A DNA stretch of 64,000 nt from Tubiluchus corallicola. Lineage: Eukaryota > Animalia > Priapulida. The translations under genes were made by a program, and so were the position numbers. Position 1 is the first letter of the stretch. Every line of letters begins with the position of its first letter. The notes under the pieces are model-generated. The model was not told where the DNA came from and ran no database searches. It saw nothing but the letters and a program-made list of their open reading frames with translations. Where the stretch lies: assembly GCA_030141605.1 (NCBI GenBank), contig JAQGDQ010001014.1, positions 1 through 64,000 of the forward strand, given 5' to 3'. Of the stretch, positions 13,891 through 27,311 are shown in pieces.

Positions 13891-14297
13891 TGGTTAGAAG
13901 CAGCGCCGCCTACTATCAAAAGCATATTAGTAGTATGCATTTTATTTCTCTGGACATATATTCATATTTTTACTTTTCTCTGTAACCCTTTATCCTTACT
14001 GATGAAAGAATAATTTTAGCATAATTTTATTCAATCTAAAGTTTTTTTTCATTTTGATACACAAATTAAACTTTGTTGTATCACAGTCAATTTTGTTCTT
14101 TATTTCAAATGTAGCTCTGAGAAAAACTTACTTAAACTATTGTGTACTAACTGTGTATTGTATTTTTGATTATTTTATGTGAACTGATATTGTACAAGAT
14201 CTCTGGTGATGAGTCTAACTGCGTGCATTTTTAATTTTACATCGAATTTTAATATTTTAATTTGCACTTGTGTTTTTTGCATCAATTGACTTCACCA

Positions 14298-15244
14298 TTA
14301 AAGAACAACCGAACAAAAGCTTTTTTATATCAAAGCTTAAATTAAATAATAATTACCTCGGATACTCAAATTTCGTTAAACTTTCTAAGCTACGCGCGGC
14401 TCAGTGAATCTACTAAGATTGGCAACGGCGCCTTTTTATCTCATTCGCATGGCCGACAAATAAAAGGCAGTACCATGATAACCATGATCATGAACTGCAG
14501 TGTTAGTTTCTGACGTGATATGACGTAGACCCCATTTTCATGACATCACCCGTTTAAGCAGTAACACTTACGCAAACGTGCTTGACGTGCAAGTGAAAAT
14601 GCCTGCCATTGTGCAAACTGTGGTTAGTTTCTGACGTAAGCAATGGCTGTGTTCGGTAGCCGTTAATTAACTTTCTAAGCTAATTATACAAATATAAGAA
14701 GCAATTGCTAACTTTTATAGACAAGATAAGGTAGATTTTGAACAAATGCTAACTTTTATAGACAAGGACATGTATATTTTGAACAATTGCTAACTTTTAT
14801 AGACAAGGAAATGTATATTTTGAGCAATTGCTAACTTTTATAGACAAGAAAATGTATATTTTGAGCAATTGCTAACTTTTATAGACAAGGAAATGTATAT
14901 TTTGAACAATTGCTAACTTTTATAGACAAGGAAATGTATATTTTGAGCAATTGCTAACTTTTATAGACAAGATAAGGTAGATTTTGAACAATTGCTAACT
15001 TTTATAGACAAGGACATGTATATTTTGAACAATTGCTAACTTTTATAGACAAGGAAATGTATATTTTGAGCAATTGCTAACTTTTATAGACAAGAAAATG
15101 TATATTTTGAGCAATTGCTAACTTTTATAGACAAGGAAATGTATATTTTGAGCAATTGCTAACTTTTATAGACAAGAAAATGTATATTTTGGACAGTAAA
15201 TTATAATGACATTCAATCTAAACAATCGTCCGGTTTTCCTTTAA
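14298..15244 (+). mobile_element. Kolobok/T2-like MITE family A with internal tandem expansion
   Basis: TTAA-AGAACAACC ... CGGTTTTCCT-TTAA. Body homologous to 27312-27814 and to the reverse complement of 34841-35371. Mirror copy at 54988-55934. Confidence 0.8.
14701..15190 (+). repeat. 41-bp minisatellite, about 12 copies, with a 6-unit higher-order period
   Basis: Unit GCAATTGCTAACTTTTATAGACAAGGAAATGTATATTTTGA. The GATAAGGTAG variant occurs in units 1 and 7. Confidence 0.95.
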
Positions 15245-16111
15245 GTAATGTAGGTTTTAAACCATTGTCGCTCGAGGCTGAATTAGATATAGGCTAGTAT
15301 AGGAGGCAGCCTCGAGCCACACAAGGTTGGGGACCTCAAGCTTTGATAACGTCCGAAGTTCACTGTGGTTGTACTGAAATATGTGCTAATTTGGTTTGCA
15401 ATAATTAGTAAATAACAACATTTCTTAATGAGCGTTTTGATTGACAAACAAAAGAAGCTATTCTAGTTTATTTAAAGAATTTGTAATAAGTTTACTTTGT
15501 AATAAGGTACGCAAAGGCCGCTAAAATATTTACGGGTAAAAATATTCAATAATGTTCAAGACAGGTATGGGCAAGTTAGAGTGTGGTTCCGTCTGAGGGG
15601 GTCCCATAATTTCATTGGCTTAGGGACTCTAAAGGCCAGAATTCAGCCCTGATGTCACTGAAGGATAAATATGCAATAATTTTATTGTTTTCGTCTGTTT
15701 TAAATTGAGAAACAAAGATTTAGCATTATATAATGTATAGCTTATACCTTGAGTGCCATTTGGCTTGTTTGGGGCGATATGTATAGGAAAATGCCACGTA
15801 TAGACGCGCGTCTTGTGCTTCCGTCAGCGATCGTAAAACTGATCACTTTGGTTTTCGTTAATGTTTTCGGGTCCCCGCCGCATAGAGGCGCCACATTCGT
15901 GACTGTGAATGAACTATGGCAGTTAATAAGAGCATTAAACACCGTTAACCATGCATGCAGCCAGCAGCACTCTTGAAAGGCGCAAGTTTAATGAGAAAAA
16001 TGAGTCAGGAGAATGCGCGGTTAATATGTGAACGAGTCATGGCGAACGTTTAAGATTTGATGATGTGAAAATGGTAAAAGCAAGAGAAGAGACTAAAGTT
16101 ATTACTCAGAC

Positions 16112-16380
16112 TTAAAGAAAAACAGTATAATTTTCACATCCTGTCCCATTTTGAAGTACAGTAAAAAGTATTATATATATATATATATATATATATATTT
16201 TAGCACCTAGAGTGGTTTCTGATAAATAAATAATAGACTAAAATGTTACTTAACGGTTCAACCCAAGTATTGATGACATCACAAATTGACATAATTTTCA
16301 ACAGCAAAAACATTCCATGAACGCGTTGCACGTGTTTGCAAAAACGAAAACTGATTTTTAAAAACACGAAACAAAACGTA
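16112..16380 (+). mobile_element. Truncated family C MITE
   Basis: TTAA-AGAAAAACAG start and CCCATTTTGAAGTACAG body similar to the 21182 copy. Confidence 0.55.
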
Positions 16381-16734
16381 AAGTGTATAGTGACTTATGG
16401 TACACCCTGTATGACGTTTGTATGAAGCAAACAGTAATGTTGAGTGGCAAACTTTGGCATATTGCAATGTGGAATCCTGCATTCAACAGCACACACTAAT
16501 CAACGTTAATACTTGTGGCGAGACCAAAACCTAAGCCTCCATAATGAGCAGCTGAACCATCAGTTGAGCAGTCAATAGTTGAGACTATTCAGCGTTAATT
16601 TCGTGGCAAGACCGGAAGCTAGCTTATTACCAAGAACAAGCCTCCAACATGAGCCACTGAATCAGCAGAAGTGTCTTAGTTACGTTTGGCTGTGAATGCA
16701 TGCTACCTCTACGTGGTAAATAGTCAGAAACAAG

Positions 16735-16822
16735 ACGAATGAAACATCCCAGTGCGAGTATTGAACACGGTGGGCACCCATTCATACACTGCTCAGCCTT
16801 AACTTCCTGCTCAGCCTCAACA
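16735..16822 (-). mobile_element. Degenerate 5S-rRNA-related SINE-like fragment
   Basis: Minus strand GAGGCTGAGCAGG..GGCTGAGCAGTGTATGAATGGGTGCCCACC resembles the 5S internal control region. Homologous to 27961-28050 (+). Confidence 0.35.
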
Positions 16823-16824
16823 AA

Positions 16825-17426
16825 GCAAAGCCGCATCCAATTTTAATCAGTAGGTCAAAACAATTTACTCTTTAAAATATTGAAAGGAAACGTACTACTT
16901 TTTCGAAAATGACTTACGTGGAAGAATTATTACAACGCAAACGTAATTTCGCACCTATTTTTTCACTGTTAAATGCATTTCGCCATTCGCTTGTTAGACG
17001 GGCACTAGCGTCTGTATCTTGGAAATGCATTGCACAAAAACAGATGCCGTACCTCTCAGTTTAGATGTGTTAGTTTGTGACGAACTACACAGGTTCGGCA
17101 GCTCATGCGTGAGCACAGCGGTAAATTTGAAAATTGAGTTTTTACCTTAAAACTTGCCTAATTTTAGTACAACGATTGAATACCTCACAGTAGCACTGTA
17201 CGTAAATTTTCGCTTTCACAAACACGTGCAACACGCTCGTGGAATATTTTTGCTGTTGAAAATTATGTTAGTTTGTGACGTCATCAATAGTTGGGTTGGC
17301 CCACCGTTGATTAAGGTTTTAATCTATTATGTAATTATCAGAAACGCCTTTGCAATATTAATTGTATACTTTTTATCAGACTTGAAAATGGGGTAGTATA
17401 TGAAAAGTCATGTTGTTTTCCTTTAA
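16825..17426 (-). mobile_element. Kolobok/T2-like MITE family C
   Basis: Minus strand begins TTAA-AGGAAAACAACATGACTTTTCATAT and is colinear with 21182-21791. Mirror copy at 52807-53407. Confidence 0.75.
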
Positions 17427-18218
17427 CTTTGGACGCCCGCCGTCCATGTTTGCCGTATGCGGGGCAGCGTGTTACGCTGTTCTGTTAATTGTCGCCGCCT
17501 CGCAAAGAAGCCAAAGAAGCCAGGTTTGAAAGGCTTTTCTTTCTCGCTTTTTCATGCAACAGATTTCCGATAAGAAAATATTGTCGCTTGTACTAATGAA
17601 AAACTGCAAGATCGCGACTACTCGTGTCAAAAGACCATCACTCGCCCATTCCACTTGGCAACCACAGTCAATATAACGGCATATGAATGCGCCAGCCTTC
17701 ATTGGCAAACAAAAACCAAATAACCCTCGAAAGTTCAGTGCAAATGTAGGCGCTTTGAGGACATTCAGCAAGACGGGATATCCATTCAGCAATACGGGAT
17801 ATCTATTGATAGAAACCCATCAAGCGGTGCTATTGCGTTATTGAAAGCTATTGCTAAACTGTGTTTAACGAAGGGCATGCCACGTTTACATTCGGTAATG
17901 CACTTACATAGCCGTATATCACGTATTCGAACGTGAGCCCAAGAGAACTTCAAATACCTTTCAATAGACGCACCGATTACCTACTTAAATCGCCCAGAGT
18001 GGTTTGGGAAAATGGGCAGTTTGGGCACGTTTAACGCTTTAGCATTGAAATTGCTATGCACTATGTGATTAATTAATAAAGTGATAGTAAATCTAGGGCT
18101 GCTAGAGTTTGTTTGTTGAGAGATGGGGGTCGCTTTCTAAACCTGTGAGCTTATTCACGTCACTTCACTTTGCTTGTTTGTTTATTTACTTACTTGTTTG
18201 CTTTCTTGCTTATTTAAT

Positions 18219-18241
18219 CTACCTACCTACCTACCTACCTA

Positions 18242-18280
<39 letters not shown>

Positions 18281-18626
18281 ACCTACCTACCTACTTACTT
18301 ACCTACCTACCTACCTACCTACATACATACATACCTACCTACCTACCTACCTACCTACCTACCTACCTACCTACCTACCTACATACATACATACATACAT
18401 ACATACCTACCTACCTACCTGCCTGCCTGCCTGCCTACCTACCTACCTACCTACCTACCTACCTACCTACATACATACATACCTACTTACCTACCTACCT
18501 ACTTGCCTGCCTGCCTGCCTACCTACTTACCTACCTACCTATCTATCTACCTACCTACCTACCTACCTACCTACCTACCTACCTACCTACCTACCTACCT
18601 ACCTACCTACCTACCTACCTACCTAC
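18219..18626. repeat. Compound (CCTA)/(CCTG)/(CATA) tetranucleotide microsatellite
   Basis: Directly visible. Length differs from the mirror copy at ~51595-52015. Confidence 0.95.
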
Positions 18627-19239
18627 TTTTATTAAAGCGAATTTAAAAGCCGAGTGGTCATCGTGTCTGTTTAACTAAAGTTGACTGAAGTTAAACTTCG
18701 CCAAGCCTGGTTAGTGAATTCATTTATTATTCTTATTATAGCTGTTTACTTTATAAAACGAAGATGCATTTACAACCAAATATGACTAGTGCACCTCAGC
18801 TGGTTCAGTGTCTCTGCCTAAAGGTACCAGTCTCGCCACAGTTATTCACATGAAATGAGCCTTTCTGCTGAAGGCGAATTTTAGAGTGCTAAACAGTATA
18901 AAAAACTTAGTATTATGAAAAAGAGGGTTTTAGGTTTTTTACACAGTTTAGCTTTCATTATACAGGGTGGACAAAAAAAGTAAACCTTTTTCAAATGCCG
19001 GAAAGTTTTACCCAATTTCTACTTAAATTCGACGATGGTGAACTAAAAACATTTTAGCACTTACTCACTAACTTTTGCTAAGAAATGTCAAGAAATGAAG
19101 CTCTTATGCTTGATAATGTCATTAAAAATGAAAAAAATGGACATTAGTATGACTGTACAGTATTGTTTTTATTGTTTTGATATTGTCTTTATTGTATTAA
19201 CATAGTACCAATATTACACTGATTTTTCGTCATTTCAGT

Positions 19240-19560
19240 TGGCTACCGATTAAGCAACGTATTAAATTTAAGATACTACTACTTGTATTTAAGGCACTTC
19301 ATGGCGAGGTACCTGATTACACTCGTGACGTAATTCGTCCAACAAATTCAAGCCGGTATAATCTTAGATCAAATGATAGTCTTTTGCTTAAGGTTTCTAG
19401 AGTGCGCTGTTCCACTATGGGTGACAGATCATTTGCTGTTGCAGGACCTGTTCCACTATGGATGATAGGTCATTTGCTGTTGCCATACCAACTCTATCCA
19501 TATCAGCACTCTCTCGAACATTAACACTTTTAAAATACAGATTAAAACACACTTATTTTA
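19240..19560 (+). mobile_element. L2/Crack-type LINE ORF2 3' fragment
   Basis: Translates WLPIKQRIKFKILLLVFKALHGEVPDY...RYNLRS...GDRSFAVAGP and later KTHLF, the canonical L2-group C-terminus. Mirror copy at 50661-50981. Confidence 0.85.
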
Positions 19561-20351
19561 GTTAGAACATAATATTTGAAGTATACATGCTTCTATTTTG
19601 TAAATCAGTGTGTATGCGCATAAAATTGCTGTAAAGTAACACAATTTTTAAGGCCTGATTTTGCTGAAACCTACTTCAGGTACCCCTTTTCTTGTCCTTA
19701 TCTTGTATTTATACTTACAAGTACCAGCATCTTAAATTTAACAGGTTACTCAATCGGTACCAAAGCAAATGACGAAGAATTGAATAATCTAATTTTATGG
19801 AATATGTTAAGTGATATACATCGCTCAATATAAATTAATTATTGTTATCTTAATGTCAAGAGTGTAGTTTATAATGTTGCAAATGCTACAATTAATTAAT
19901 ATTTTGATGCCAAATTTGAAAAACAGGAAATGTAAAAAAGTTAGGTTGTAGCCTGGAATTGAACCTGAACAAAACTGGCAGGGATCCAAAGCAGGAATTC
20001 AAATAATTTGTAGCAAAATTTAATTCAACGTGCATTCGTAGTATCACCACTCAATATAATTGTGAATTATATTGACAATTATTGTCAATATTATTGATGA
20101 AATTTTCGTTTCGTTAGCTTGCATTAAATTTGATTTCATTAGTTTATGTTGATGATGCGGAATTTGGTTGCCCTACAGACCATGGCACTAATGGCAATTA
20201 TATTGAGCGTGTGAATGGATCTTAAGCAACAACGATTTTCAGTTTTGCGAGATATCTTTGTGAAGCGTCTTTGAATAGTGTCAGTTGAGCTGTCTATAGA
20301 TTTAGACGCTATACAAAATATTATTATTATTATTATTATAAAAAAAAAAAA

Positions 20352-20900
<549 letters not shown>

Positions 20901-21181
20901 CGATTCTGTTGTTAATTAAGCTATTAACTAATTCTCGCCTCAACTGAGAAAAGCAATTGAAGTTTTGGAAAACGTAGTGAACAATTTTTAACGTAAGTAA
21001 AAATAAATCTTATGGGATAAATTACAGTTTCTGTTTCCGGAGTAAATTCGAATTTAAACCACGTTAAAATCTCCAAATTTTGTATTTTTATACAAAACAT
21101 GGAATCGTTCGTTACATTATGCATCTATTTTCATGACAGGTTTTATTCCAATACGAAGAGTAAAATAAATTTTTAGCCAAT

Positions 21182-21791
21182 TTAAAGGAAGACAGGATGA
21201 TTTTTCATATTACTACCCCATTTTCAAGTACAATCAAAAGTACACGTTTTAACACAATTAATACTGCAAAAGCTTTTCTGGTAACTAAATTACAGACTAA
21301 AAGCTTAATTAACGGCTGGCGAGCTTAACTATTGATGACATCACAGACTAACATGATTTTCAGCAGCAAAAACATTCCGTTGCACGTGTTTGCGAAAGCA
21401 AAAATTAAAGTACAGTGCTAGTGTAAGACTTTCGGGGTGTTGTAATAAAACTAGGCATGTTTTAAGATAAAAATTCAAATTTAAAATTTGCCGCTGTACT
21501 CACGCATGAGTTGTCGAACGTATGCACACAAACTAAAACATGTGAGAGGTGCAGCACCTGTTTTTTGTGAAATGCCTTTCCGAAATGCAGACGCTAGTGC
21601 CCGTCTAACTAGAGAATGGCGAAATGCATGTAACAGAGAAGAACTAGTGACGCGAGCGGGAATATGTGTTTGTTTGGTAATAATTCTTTCACGTAAGTCA
21701 TTTTTGAAAAAAATACTATGTTTCCTTTCAGTGTCTTAAAGAGTAGATTGTTCTGACCCACAGTTAAGATTGGATTCAGTTTTCCTTTTAA
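21182..21791 (+). mobile_element. Kolobok/T2-like MITE family C, full length
   Basis: TTAA-AGGAAGACAGGATGA ... TTCAGTTTTCCTT-TTAA. Mirror copy at 48427-49036. Confidence 0.78.
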
Positions 21792-22213
21792 AGTGCTTAC
21801 TTCTTTTTGACCACCAGTTAGAGTTTATAAGTTGTACTAATCGGTTGCACAGTTCAGCTATGGCTGATTTTTCAAATGCTCGACATCTGCACACAAATTT
21901 ACAGAAATCCAACAATTTAATCCAGAAATTGAGAGTAATACAGCAACATTTTGAAATTAATACATGAATTTTCTGAAAGCGTTAAATGACCCTTTGGCAG
22001 AACGGTTTTCAATTCCATTTTGAAGCAAGATAATTTCAGCTCAGATGTTCTAAGAATTGAACGGTCCGTCTGGAATGAAATGCTGTAGGCTGATTAATGA
22101 CATCAAAACGTAATCAGGGCATTATCTGATTCAAGGGATTCCCTTGTCTGCTCTATTTTTTCTACAAAACGCTTTATTTTGACAAACGGGCCATGGCAAA
22201 ACGTACAATCACT

Positions 22214-22382
22214 TTAACCCTTTCAGTCTCAAATTATTTTTTTAATAAGAGAGAATTGTTATTGGCTTAAATCAAAATAACTATTAACAGATCAAATAAC
22301 TGTCAGTTTTAAAATTTTATTAATTTTAAAGGCACAAAATATTTTCGTATCCCACGGGATACAAAGGGTATTAAAGGGTTAA
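22214..22382. mobile_element. Internally deleted derivative of the piggyBac-like MITE
   Basis: TTAA-CCCTTTCAGT ... AAAGGG-TTAA. Shares both ends with 8999-9446 but lacks about 280 bp of the middle. Mirror copy at 47836-48004. Confidence 0.8.
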
Positions 22383-23022
22383 AGTAAGAACACGTGAACA
22401 TCTGAAACTTGAAAGAAATTAAAAAAGTTTCCCCGGTCCTGCCACAGTTGTGCCTATGGCTGTGACTAAAGCTATAGGTAACTGGAACTACAAGCTACAA
22501 TTTTAACATTGTGACGAAAGCCAACAGTAACTGGGACTTATTAATAAAAGAAAGTTTATCTCTGCACCCTAGCAAGCCTTCTCTTAATGTGCAAAGTAGT
22601 TTAATTCCTTTAACTTTACTTTCAAACACTTAGCTACCTGTTACCGTATCAATTTCTTTTTCTACGGGTCTGTTTGTTCACTACACATTTGCCTTCCTTG
22701 TAGATAATACATAATCAATGCATAATTTTCTAGACAGTAGCTCTGCTTATAATACTTGTTCATCTGGTTGTTTGTTTTCATAAATCTGTCATTGATGATG
22801 ACTGGAGTTCAAAACGTTCGCAGACATGTTTTTTGAAACAATTGTATATTAAAGTTTTAGTAAAAGTTGTGTTGTTTTGATAACAAACAATTTATTTTCA
22901 TTTCACATACGAATCTTGGCTTAAAAAGTGGATGGATAATTAGTCGTGGGTCGTCAAACGTTGCTGAGTTGCTCAATTCGGCCCGGTTGAGTTCATGAAT
23001 CTGCGATAAATCTCTAACCATA

Positions 23023-24260
23023 TTAAAAAGGGAAACAGGATTATTTTTCATATCTTACCCATTGTGAAGTGCAGTAAAAAGTATACATTTTAACAGCTAT
23101 AATAGCGCCATTTGTATTTGTGATAGACCTAATCAAATAATAATTTAAAAACTTAATTAACGGGGATCGAACATTACTAGTGGTGAACATAATTTTCAGC
23201 AGCACAGACGACATTCGACGAGCGGGTTCCACGTGTTTGCGAAAACCAAAATAGAAGTACAGTGCTACTGAACAACATTCAGTGTGATAGGCAAAAACAC
23301 AGCAAATTTTATGTTTAAAGGACAAGAGTAGGTTTCAGAAAAATCACATTAAAAAATTATTATGCTTTATAGCAATTTTATGCGTATATCGTACTCGCGT
23401 TGAAAGGAATTTTCGTTTGTTTCCATTTTAAATCTCCCGCTATACTGTTCCGACGGCGCCATTACATGACGTCACTATGTCACGTAAATCAGGGGCACAA
23501 AAGGCAACGCTAAATTATGATCCAAACGTTTCCGTGCAAATCTATATTACTTACCATTTCGCTTACTTGCTTGAAAGACTTACGTAACTAGAAAAGAAAA
23601 TTATTAATTATTTAAAAAGTTTTTACCAACTGGTAAAATGTCGTTGACTCACTTTCAGGGTGCACCACTTACTAACGAAAAAACGTATTTTTAATCTTAT
23701 TGAAAAGATACAGTCATTTAAAATTTCACTGATTTAGTGACGTGTGCGCTACGAATGCTCTGATTATTTTTTCAAACTTTACTCAGTCTTTTCTATACTT
23801 GTTTCAAATGAGCTGCTATCAAAATGGCTGCGCCTAACGGTCATCGCGGGAGTTTAAATTTACACGTTTTATACAGCGTTACGGCCGACGCAAGCCATGC
23901 ATGCAGAAAGGCAGTACGTAAGTGGTATAAAATTTCAAGACGAATTTTTTAAGCTTTATGTAAATGGAGGGTTTTCTTGTGCTTTAAGAACTTAAATTCC
24001 AAGCTTGCCACTGCGTCATCACGCGATTTCATCACAAATGACGATGTAGACGTTAGTGCCCATCTAGATAACGAATGTATGTAGTATCAGCGAAGAACTA
24101 GATGCGCGAACGCAAAATTAATTTTTGCGGTAATAATTCTTTCACGTAATAATTCTTTCACATACTACTTTTCTTAAAAAATAGTATGTTCCCTTTCAAT
24201 ATAGGTTAGGTTAGGTTGTTTTGAGTTGTAGTTTAAGAAGGGGTCCGGTTTTCATTTTAA
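23023..24260 (+). mobile_element. Family C MITE interrupted by a nested insertion
   Basis: Segments 23023-23314 and 23988-24260 align consecutively to 21182-21791. Ends CCGGTTTTCATT-TTAA. Confidence 0.65.
23315..23987. mobile_element. Kolobok/T2-like MITE family D, nested in family C
   Basis: TTAA-AGGACAAGAG ... TTCTTGTGCT-TTAA. A related fragment lies at ~19610-19700 (-). Mirror copy at 46232-46903. Confidence 0.7.
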
Positions 24261-24589
24261 TGCCTTTTTTGTGATGAAATATACGTTGGTTTTCAACGTG
24301 TCTGTCACTAGTTGTAAATGTAGACTATAATAAAAACTGTTTAGCTAATTTTAAACCACAATGTTTGAGGTTTGATAAAATCGTGACCAGCTGGGACTCG
24401 AACACGTGACTAATCTTTCTTTAACGTCGCAAGGCAATGAGCTGGCTCTCATGATACTGTCGCGATGACGTGCTTGTCTTTTCTTTTTCGATTTTTGTGT
24501 TTTTGTTTGTTCGTTTGCCTTTGCGTTTGTTTATTCGTTTGTTTAAATGTTTTTTGTTTCAAACTAAAGTCGAGAACATTATCTTCATT

Positions 24590-24742
24590 TTACTTTGTTT
24601 ACTTGCTTGCTTGCTTACTATACTAACTTACATACATACATACTTACTTACTTACTCACTCGCTCGCTCGCTCACTCACTCACTCACTCACTCACTCACT
24701 CACGCACTCACTCACTCACTTAATTATTTACTTACTTACTTG

Positions 24743-24788
<46 letters not shown>

Positions 24789-24890
24789 GACTTACTTACT
24801 TACTTACTTGCTTGCTCGCTCGCTCGCTCGCTCGCTCGCTCACTCACTCACTCACTCACTTACTTACATAGTTAGTTACTTACTTGCCCT
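24590..24890. repeat. Compound (TTAC)/(TCAC)/(TCGC) microsatellite
   Basis: Directly visible. Confidence 0.93.
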
Positions 24891-27311
24891 CCATTTCTTG
24901 CTTTCGTGGTTTCTACGTTGTTTTTTTTGTTCGTTCATTCGTTTTTTGCTCCTTTCTTTGTTCATTTGTTCTTATGATTAAGCCAATGTGATGTGCTAAA
25001 TCATATTAAATGAATATAATTCCTTAGAAGTTTGTACATTTTCAACTTGCCTTAATTACCGACAAAAACAAATTAATTGCTACTTCATAGCAGTATGATT
25101 TGTGACCTTAAAATGTCAGCTGGGTTAAAGCTACAGAGATGCCTAAAAAATTAAATAAACGTCTACAATTCCTAGCTTATCTACAAGACTATGATAATTA
25201 AAATTTACTTAAGACAATTCACTTAAACATGACATAACATTTATTATATTACTGGCTATTCTAGTAACAGTTTCTTTCCAATTATTATTATCATAAATCT
25301 TTTATTTAGAAATTCATTCCATATCAAGTCATCTATTTGCTGGGTAAAAGTTACATAGTATTGCAAATATTACAGATTATTATACCCAATTAGCACTTAA
25401 TATTGTTGTTACAATATGAATGAGTTAGCTTACATTTAAAAAGTTTGTTACAGATAAATATATTTATTCACTCACACCGTAGTTTAGGGCTTTGCATGTT
25501 ACATCTACCGACATAAGCTCAAATTATTACCATTATATACACAGTTTAATTTTTCGTCCACAATACTGTTTGCCAAACTACATCATTATTGTTATTAACA
25601 ATAGCTATACAAGGAATTTACACAGGTCAATATGTTTATTAAGTCTGACACCAATAACCAATTTTAATTACTTATCAAATTCATTTTGATTAATTCTTTT
25701 ACTATTAAAATTTTTTATCTAAATTTCCAATATATTTCATCGCGTTTTCTGTACATGTTTTTAAATTTCTGCCAACGATTTTAGTTTATAATGATGCCCT
25801 AAGTTCTTTATGCTCTTTCCAAAATACGAAATTTTGTCTTTGACAGTCTCCGCCAAGGACGCGGCTTCCCTCTAGGCTTCTGAGCCGCATAACATAGTTG
25901 TTTACCACATAGTCTTCAAACTATACCAATCTCATAAGAAATCAATAGTACAAAAGTATTACCAATTACAAAGTATTTGGCTTTCCCAAGAAGAAAGGCT
26001 AGCGGTGGAGCCGCTGGAAACAGTAATGTAATACGTTTTCTATGTACGTACTGTCAGGCGTTTTTCTGATGTCTATATGTCAATATCTCAAGCTGCCAGT
26101 TTATCATTAAACTTTGAACAGTTTCCCCGGATCCAAGTACGATAAGCCATGCTGCACGGAGAAATGTGCTGAAATTGTTAAAAAAGCGCGCGAATGGCAA
26201 AATTGCTCACAAAAAACGCAGGAATTTGCAGACGTTTTGACAATTTCCATTAGTTTTGCGTTTTGATTGTCAGACGACGCCTATTCATGCTGGCTGACTG
26301 TAGGTTTTAGTGACTGGTTCATTACAACGTCTTTCCATTTCCAATACCACCTTCATTCGGCATTTTACGAGTTTTCAACAGGTTTCAATGGAAAAGGTTT
26401 GCGCGTTTTATTGTTTTAAATTTTATATGCTTGGTGATGGATCAAACGCCGCAGCATGTTAGACAGTTTCGTAATTCAAGAAAGGGTGTCGTTACTGCAG
26501 GAGTTTTCTCGACTTCCTGGACGCGCCTCTACTGGTTCCTATCAGAAACCAATAGGCCATGTCATGCCCAGTAATGACTTTGGCTTCTGATGTCTCTACT
26601 CGGCAATTAGGTCAATAAGATAATCTCTGACAATCATGCTTGGGGACATCGGTTATAGTTCATTTGCAAAAATGCTAACATGTTAATGACGTTAGGTTCT
26701 TGCATGGCTATACTGCATTTATCCTGAATCCTAGTTAAGCTTATGTGTTTTTCTTGCTGTCGTTCACACTGCTGCTGCTGTCGTCGCCATTCCGTTTCAA
26801 CTTCAAGTACTTAATTTAAGATTTACTTTTCTTTAAAATTTATTGAGAATTTAAATTTTACGTTTTCACGAGTGTATGTTTTTAACCGTTTCTCAGTTTG
26901 AAATTGCAATATTATTACTTCTCTACAAATATGAACTCTGTTCTGTTCTATATTTGCTTCTTTAACACATACAATAGATGTTCACAAAGATTCATTCTAT
27001 AGTTAGGCTAAATGTTATATCTTTGAGAATCCGCCCGTTTATTTCAAATACCAGCTTCAAACTATCTCATTCTGTCCCTCCCTTTCGCGAGAATAGCATG
27101 CAAGTTAAAGCAGCGCATCCCAGGGTATACATGCTAACATATCTTTCACGTTCCATGAGCCATGAAGTAAAAACTAAGCCGATTAGCCAACCAGTTTACG
27201 CCTACGTAGGCCTATCTATGCCAGCCTCAAACCATCTCTCTCTCTCTCCCTTTCTCGAGAATAGCATACAAATCGGACAGCTAAAGCAGCGCATCCCGGG
27301 GGTTAACATAC

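Noticed and set aside
14195-14230. Hammerhead-like TGATGAGTC motif, with similar motifs at ~3605 and ~22795
   Set aside because: I could not build a complete CUGANGA/GAAA core with three helices.
15742-15976. CpG-rich patch with short ORFs and a donor-like AAG|GTATAAG on the minus strand
   Set aside because: No recognisable protein motif in the frames examined and not K2P-like. It could be a non-coding exon, but this is unsupported.
16380-18990. Tc1/mariner-like TACAGGGTG termini at ~16411 and ~18960 as one element
   Set aside because: The termini point away from each other, so they are separate solo ends with no transposase between them.
25100-26800. Possible highly degraded LINE ORF1/endonuclease on the minus strand (GKPRP..ILERA-like)
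   Set aside because: Too many stops and frameshifts to support by eye. A profile search is needed.
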